Positions 59,706 to 64,000 of a DNA stretch of 64,000 bases are shown here, piece after piece. The notes under the pieces are model-generated. The model ran no database searches. It was given only the letters and a program-made list of their open reading frames with translations, and was not told the DNA's origin. The translations under genes were made by a program, and so were the position numbers. This DNA is from Ostreococcus lucimarinus (Eukaryota), in the NCBI GenBank assembly GCA_000092065.1, contig CP000584.1; one strand, 5' to 3'. Position 1 is the stretch's first letter; each line of letters opens with the position of its first letter.

Positions 59706-62465
59706 TTAATTCCAGCGCCCTGCGTTCTTCTTTGCTTTCGCCGCGCCGCTTCCTGACGAGAAGTTCTTCGCCTTTTCCTTCTTCAATCGTGCCTTTTCTG
59801 CCTTGCTCATCTTCGATTTCGAAACAATTTGATCTTGCTGGACTTTTTTCTTCTTAGACTCGAGCGCGGCGTCCCGAGCACCCGCCGTGTCGTTCTTTTC
59901 TAAGAAGTATGCGTAATCGCCGGCGTAATCGGTAATCGCACCTTCGTCAAAAGCCAATACGCGCGTGGCAATTTGCCGCAAAAAGTAACGATCGTGCGAA
60001 ATGGCGATGACGGTGCCGTCGAACCGGCGAATCGCGTTTTCAAGCATTTCCTTACTCGGAATATCCAAGTGATTCGTTGGCTCGTCGAGCAAAAGCACAT
60101 TTGCTGGCGTCACCATAAACTTGGCGAGCGCCAGGCGCGCCTTTTCTCCTCCAGACAGAAATTTGACGGGCTTCTCGTGAAACGGCGTGCTGAACGCCAT
60201 TTGACCGAGCAATGCTTTCAAGTCGTTCAACTGCGCGTCCGGTGCCGCTTCGACGAGGGTTTGTAGTACACCCTTGTTCCTGTCTAAGCCTTCGGCTTGG
60301 TTTTGGTAAAAGTAGTTGACCTTGCATAAATCAGAGTCGCCAATTTGGGCGACACCCGAAATCGGTGTCTCGCGTCCTTGAATCAATCGCATGAGAGTTG
60401 ATTTTCCGCACCCGTTATCACCGATCATGGCCACACGCTCGCCGCGCGTGATTTCAAGAGATGTGTTTTTGAAGAGCGTCTTTTCATCGTACCCGTGAGT
60501 AACGTTTTCGACGCGCGCGACAATTTGCGAGCTTCTCTGACAGTCGGGGAAGAAGAATCGACGTCTCTTTGCTATCCACGGCTTTTCAACTGCTTCTTCT
60601 TGAAGCTTATCGAGAGCTTTCTGTGCCGCAGTCGCTCGACCGGATTGCCCGCCGCCCGCCAAACGCGAAATCATATCGCGTTGGCGCTGCACTTCCTTTT
60701 GCCATTTTTCGTACGCCACCATCTGTTGCGCGCCTCTGCTTTCTTTCTCGGCGCAGTACTGCGAATAGTTACCTTTGTAAGTCGTCGCTTTGCCGCGCTC
60801 AATTTCAACAGTCTTTGTGCACAGTTGATCCAAGAATTCGCGATCGTGCGAGACGATGACCATCGGGACGTCGAGCGACTTCAAGTAAGTTTCGAGCCAT
60901 TGAATGGTGTCCAGATCGAGATGATTTGTCGGTTCGTCGAAAAGTAAAAGCCCGGGCTCTTGGAGTAAAATTTTACCGAGCGAAATACGCATCTGCCAGC
61001 CACCGCTGAAAGAGGCAACGAGGCGATCGTTGTCTTCGGGCACGAAGCCAAGCTCTGGCATGATTTTATCAATCGCACGCTCCATCTTGAACAAGTCCAG
61101 ACGATCGGCCTGGCGTTGTAAATCAGAAAGCTTGTCCACTAAGAGTTGAACGAGCTCCATTCCTGGATTGTTTTCGAGTTCTTTGTTGATGCGTTCGATG
61201 TCAGCCATGATTTTAGTTTCGTCGCCGTAACTCGCCATGAATTCTTCGCGAACCGTGTTGGATTCTTTGACCTCAAACTCTTGCGTCAGGTAACCAATCT
61301 TCACACCATCCGCGAGCATGATTTCACCTTCGTCTGCTTCCATCTCACCAGTGATGATGCGCAATTGCGTCGTCTTACCCGCACCGTTCCAGCCGACTAA
61401 TCCGACGCGCTCGCCCTTTTTACAATCCCAGTTCACGCCGTCCAAGATTGGCATATTCTTGAACGTCTTACGAACGTTTTCCAATCGTACGCCCGTAGTG
61501 ACGGACCCAGAGCTACGTCTCACCGATGGTTTGGCGTCTTTCGCGAAGATGTCGCGCAGGTACGCAGGAATCGGGTTCCCGTCGTCCTCGGGCGTTTCCT
61601 CGGGTTCGCTCCAATCGATGGCTGGTCCGATGTACTCGCCATCTTCATCAAACATCGGCTTCACCTCCTCCGTCTCGTCGGCGGTCGCTTCGACCGGCGC
61701 GGTCGCCGCCGCCGGCACGGGCGCGGGCTCGGGCGCGGGCGCCTTCTTCGCGACGACGGGTTCGGGTTCGGGTTCGGGCTCCGGCTCGAGCTCCGGCTCC
61801 GGCTCCGGCTCCGGCTCGGGCTCCGGCTCGGGCTCCGGCTCCGGCTCCGGCGCCTTCTTCGCCACCACCGGTTCCGGCACCGGCGCCGGCGCCTCCTCCG
61901 CCACCGCTTCCTTCGCCTCCGGTTCCTCCTCCTTCGGCACCGGCGGCGGCACGAACGCCGGTTTCGTCCGTCCCTTCTTTTTATTCTTCTTCGGCTTGAC
62001 GAATTCTTCGTTTTCCCAGTCGTTCACCGCCGCGCCCGCGTCGTCCGCCGCCGCCGCCGCGCCTCCCGCGCCCGCCGCGCTCGCGTTCCCCCCCTCGCGC
62101 TTCGCCGCCGCCGCCGACGCCCTCGGCGTCGCCGCCGACGCCGACGCCGCCTGCGTCTGCTTCTTGGGCACCTTTTTATTCTTCTTCGCCTTCCCCGCGG
62201 GCACGAAATCGTCGTTCATCCAATCCAAACTCTCCCCGCCCGCGCCGGTCGCGTTCGCGCGCGAGGGTCGCCTCGCCGTCGTCCCGCGCGTCGTCCGTCC
62301 CGCGCGCGCGCGAGCGCGACCGGTGATCGCGCGACGCGCGATCGCGCGCGACGCCATGGCGGTCGCGTCGCCGCGCGTCGCGCGCGTCCGTCGTCGCGCG
62401 TCGCGCTGTGCGCCGCCGGGACGCCGGGACGCGACCCGAATGGTTTTCATATATATATAGCGCAA
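59706..62465 (-). CDS. ABCF: ABC-F family ATPase (two tandem ABC domains, no TMD) with long low-complexity N-terminal extension
   Basis: NBD1 has GLVGWNGAGKTT and LSGGWQMRISLGKILLQEPGLLLFDEPTNHLD. NBD2 has IGDNGCGKST and LSGGEKARLALAKFMVTPANVLLLDEPTNHLD. The N-terminal ~280 aa are a presequence-like Arg-rich start followed by Ala/Lys-rich and (PE)n tracts. The start is possibly the Met at 62357. Confidence 0.85.
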   Translation of the reverse strand: MRYIYMKTIRVASRRPGGAQRDARRRTRATRGDATAMASRAIARRAITGRARARAGRTTRGTTARRPSRANATGAGGESLDWMNDDFVPAGKAKKNKKVPKKQTQAASASAATPRASAAAAKREGGNASAAGAGGAAAAADDAGAAVNDWENEEFVKPKKNKKKGRTKPAFVPPPVPKEEEPEAKEAVAEEAPAPVPEPVVAKKAPEPEPEPEPEPEPEPEPEPELEPEPEPEPEPVVAKKAPAPEPAPVPAAATAPVEATADETEEVKPMFDEDGEYIGPAIDWSEPEETPEDDGNPIPAYLRDIFAKDAKPSVRRSSGSVTTGVRLENVRKTFKNMPILDGVNWDCKKGERVGLVGWNGAGKTTQLRIITGEMEADEGEIMLADGVKIGYLTQEFEVKESNTVREEFMASYGDETKIMADIERINKELENNPGMELVQLLVDKLSDLQRQADRLDLFKMERAIDKIMPELGFVPEDNDRLVASFSGGWQMRISLGKILLQEPGLLLFDEPTNHLDLDTIQWLETYLKSLDVPMVIVSHDREFLDQLCTKTVEIERGKATTYKGNYSQYCAEKESRGAQQMVAYEKWQKEVQRQRDMISRLAGGGQSGRATAAQKALDKLQEEAVEKPWIAKRRRFFFPDCQRSSQIVARVENVTHGYDEKTLFKNTSLEITRGERVAMIGDNGCGKSTLMRLIQGRETPISGVAQIGDSDLCKVNYFYQNQAEGLDRNKGVLQTLVEAAPDAQLNDLKALLGQMAFSTPFHEKPVKFLSGGEKARLALAKFMVTPANVLLLDEPTNHLDIPSKEMLENAIRRFDGTVIAISHDRYFLRQIATRVLAFDEGAITDYAGDYAYFLEKNDTAGARDAALESKKKKVQQDQIVSKSKMSKAEKARLKKEKAKNFSSGSGAAKAKKNAGRWN
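61758..61850. repeat. (GGCTCC/GGCTCG/GGTTCG)n hexanucleotide repeat encoding (PE)n / (EP)n on the minus strand
   Basis: Seen directly. It lies within the ABCF N-terminal extension. Confidence 0.8.
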
Positions 62466-62685
62466 TTGGAGGTACTATACGTTATCAGTGTGTATATAAA
62501 GACGGTACGTCTACCCATGGACCGTATCCGAACGCACATCGCGACGCGCGCGGCGCGCGGTGGGCGGCGTGGGTGGTGCAATTCGCGCGCTTAAATAGGT
62601 TACAACACGTTTGTACTGTACAACAACAACGAGAACAACGACAAGAACGACAACGCGGGTCGGCGTCGTCGTCGTCGAGGAACGC

Positions 62686-63987
62686 TCATCGCGGCTTCGT
62701 CGTCTCGTCTTTCGAAACCTTCGCGTCGACGTCGACGAAGTCGACGTCCACGCTCGGTAAATCGTCATAGTAAACCGCGCACTCGAATGGCGTGACGTAG
62801 AGTGGAGACTCGTCGTCCTTGAAATAACGCCAACCGAGCGTGGCGGCTCGACCGAACATCAAAGTCGCCATCCCCAGCCACACCGACGTGAGCGAAGCGC
62901 CTTCCATTTGCCCAGCCGCCGTCAGCGCTAAGATGCCCCCTCCCGCGGAAATAGCCATGGCTTTGGCGAGGAAGTCGAAATCCGCGCTTCCTTGAAACAC
63001 GCCGTCGCCGACGAAAACCGCGGAGTTGAGCGGCTGCAAGAGGGATAAGATGCGTATCGGCGTCGCCGCTTGCGCGGCGATTTCGGCGTCGTTGGTGAAT
63101 ATATACGGCAACTGATCGGCGGACAAGAACACGACGACGCCGACGAGAACGCCCGCGCCGACGCCCCAGCTCAGCGCTCGATCGGCAGCGATGCGCGCGC
63201 CGGGAACGTCATTTTTCCCGAGACTCGCAGCAACCAACGCCTGCGCGCTCACGGCGACAGAGTCCAAGCCAAACAGCGTGACCCACCACGCCTGCAAACA
63301 CACTTGATGCGCGCCCGCGGCGCCGAGCATCGCCGCCGTCGACGTGGCGCGAACGAGTACGGTTTGTAAAAGCACCGTTCGCGCGAGCTGCGACGTCGAT
63401 CCGCTGACGAGCGTACCCAAGTCGTCGTTGGACTCGTCTGGCAGACGAAAGACGGATTGAAAATCTAAAATCTCCTCATCCATCATGAGCTTCCAAAACC
63501 AAATCGCGCCGACCCATTCCGCTACCGTCGTCGCCGTCGCCGCGCCGGCGACGTCGAACGCCGGGAACGGGCCGATGCCGTAAATGAGAAACGGATCCAA
63601 GCCGAGGTGGAAAATTTCCGTGACGACGGCGACGTAGAGCGGCGTCCGCGTGTCCAACAACCCGCGAAACGCGCCGACGCCCACCATGACGATCAAGCAC
63701 GCGGGCAAAGACGCGGCGCGAATTCGCAAGTAATCCTCCCCGTACTCCAACATCCCCTTTATCGTCGGCACGTCGGCGTCGGGAAGCAAATCTTCGCTCG
63801 GGTTGAGCAACGCCTCGTGACTCGCCCCGCAAAACGCCAATAAATCATCCGTGAAAACCTCCATGATCCCCATCGTCGCGAACCCGAGCGCGAGCGCGAG
63901 CGCCATCGCGCTCCCGACCGTCTTCTTCGCCGCCCGCCGCCCCTCCGCCGAATCCCGCCCCCCGCTCGCCGATATTTTCGCCGCCAC
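62686..63987 (-). CDS. MATE family transporter (second copy), 5' end likely beyond window edge
   Basis: It has the MATE C-lobe and N-lobe motifs (LRIRAASLPACLIVMVGVGAFRGLLDTRTPLYV; PIRILSLLQPLNSAVFVGDGVFQG). Hydrophobic segments run throughout. The ORF runs to within 13 nt of the window end, so the N-terminus may be truncated. Confidence 0.7.
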   Translation of the reverse strand: MAAKISASGGRDSAEGRRAAKKTVGSAMALALALGFATMGIMEVFTDDLLAFCGASHEALLNPSEDLLPDADVPTIKGMLEYGEDYLRIRAASLPACLIVMVGVGAFRGLLDTRTPLYVAVVTEIFHLGLDPFLIYGIGPFPAFDVAGAATATTVAEWVGAIWFWKLMMDEEILDFQSVFRLPDESNDDLGTLVSGSTSQLARTVLLQTVLVRATSTAAMLGAAGAHQVCLQAWWVTLFGLDSVAVSAQALVAASLGKNDVPGARIAADRALSWGVGAGVLVGVVVFLSADQLPYIFTNDAEIAAQAATPIRILSLLQPLNSAVFVGDGVFQGSADFDFLAKAMAISAGGGILALTAAGQMEGASLTSVWLGMATLMFGRAATLGWRYFKDDESPLYVTPFECAVYYDDLPSVDVDFVDVDAKVSKDETTKPR

Positions 63988-64000
63988 GAGCGGTCCCGTG

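Noticed and set aside
1-64000. Prokaryotic defence systems, CRISPR arrays, operon structure, rRNA/tRNA genes and transposons.
   Set aside because: Scanning the short spacers on both strands, I found no repeat-spacer arrays, no rRNA-like segments and no tRNA-like cloverleaf candidates. I found no inverted terminal repeats and no transposase or integrase-like ORFs. Gene content is uniformly eukaryotic. The only repeats are intragenic coding microsatellites and the one promoter direct repeat.

Overview
This is GC-rich, very compact eukaryotic nuclear DNA with roughly one gene per 2 kb, almost all genes single-exon, and tiny intergenic spacers. Four short introns were found (61 nt in two genes; 99 and 153 nt in a third), and TGTAA motifs recur just downstream of stop codons. 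Gene content includes a PanK-DUF89 fusion, a DUF819-type membrane protein and a P4H-like oxygenase. Together this points to a green picoalga of the Mamiellophyceae type (Ostreococcus/Micromonas-like). That is an inference from sequence style, not a database hit. I can support 32 protein-coding genes on both strands and no rRNA, tRNA, CRISPR or transposon. Most are eukaryotic housekeeping genes: SmB, VPS26, VPS45, AP-4 beta, UTP14, NSUN2, Ecdysoneless, an ABCG half-transporter, ABCF, two MATE transporters, a nardilysin-like M16 peptidase, glucose-6-phosphate 1-epimerase, PanK-DUF89, an MDR oxidoreductase and a SpoU methyltransferase. The items worth a second look are: (1) a FANCJ/Rad3-type Fe-S helicase carrying a C-terminal domain that aligns convincingly with the DNA polymerase beta 8-kDa lyase/HhH domain; (2) an archaeal-type 3-dehydroquinate synthase II homolog; (3) a 1995-aa receptor-like transmembrane protein (cysteine-rich ephrin-receptor-like repeats, Pro-rich stalk, TM, then cytoplasmic TPR array plus an unknown C-terminal domain); (4) a bona fide polo-like kinase with polo boxes in a green-lineage-like genome; (5) a PLAT/LH2 + PP2C fusion; (6) a 1530-aa cell-surface hydroxyproline-rich-type glycoprotein with perfect nucleotide-level tandem repeats and a VWA-like domain; (7) a protein built from four helicase-associated (HA) domain repeats; (8) a 1284-aa tail-anchored coiled-coil protein with nine evenly spaced L-R-E-L-N heptad repeats; (9) a KEN-box/TP-site coiled-coil protein. 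Several gene starts are uncertain because GC-rich sequence gives long spurious N-terminal ORF extensions and many antisense shadow ORFs.
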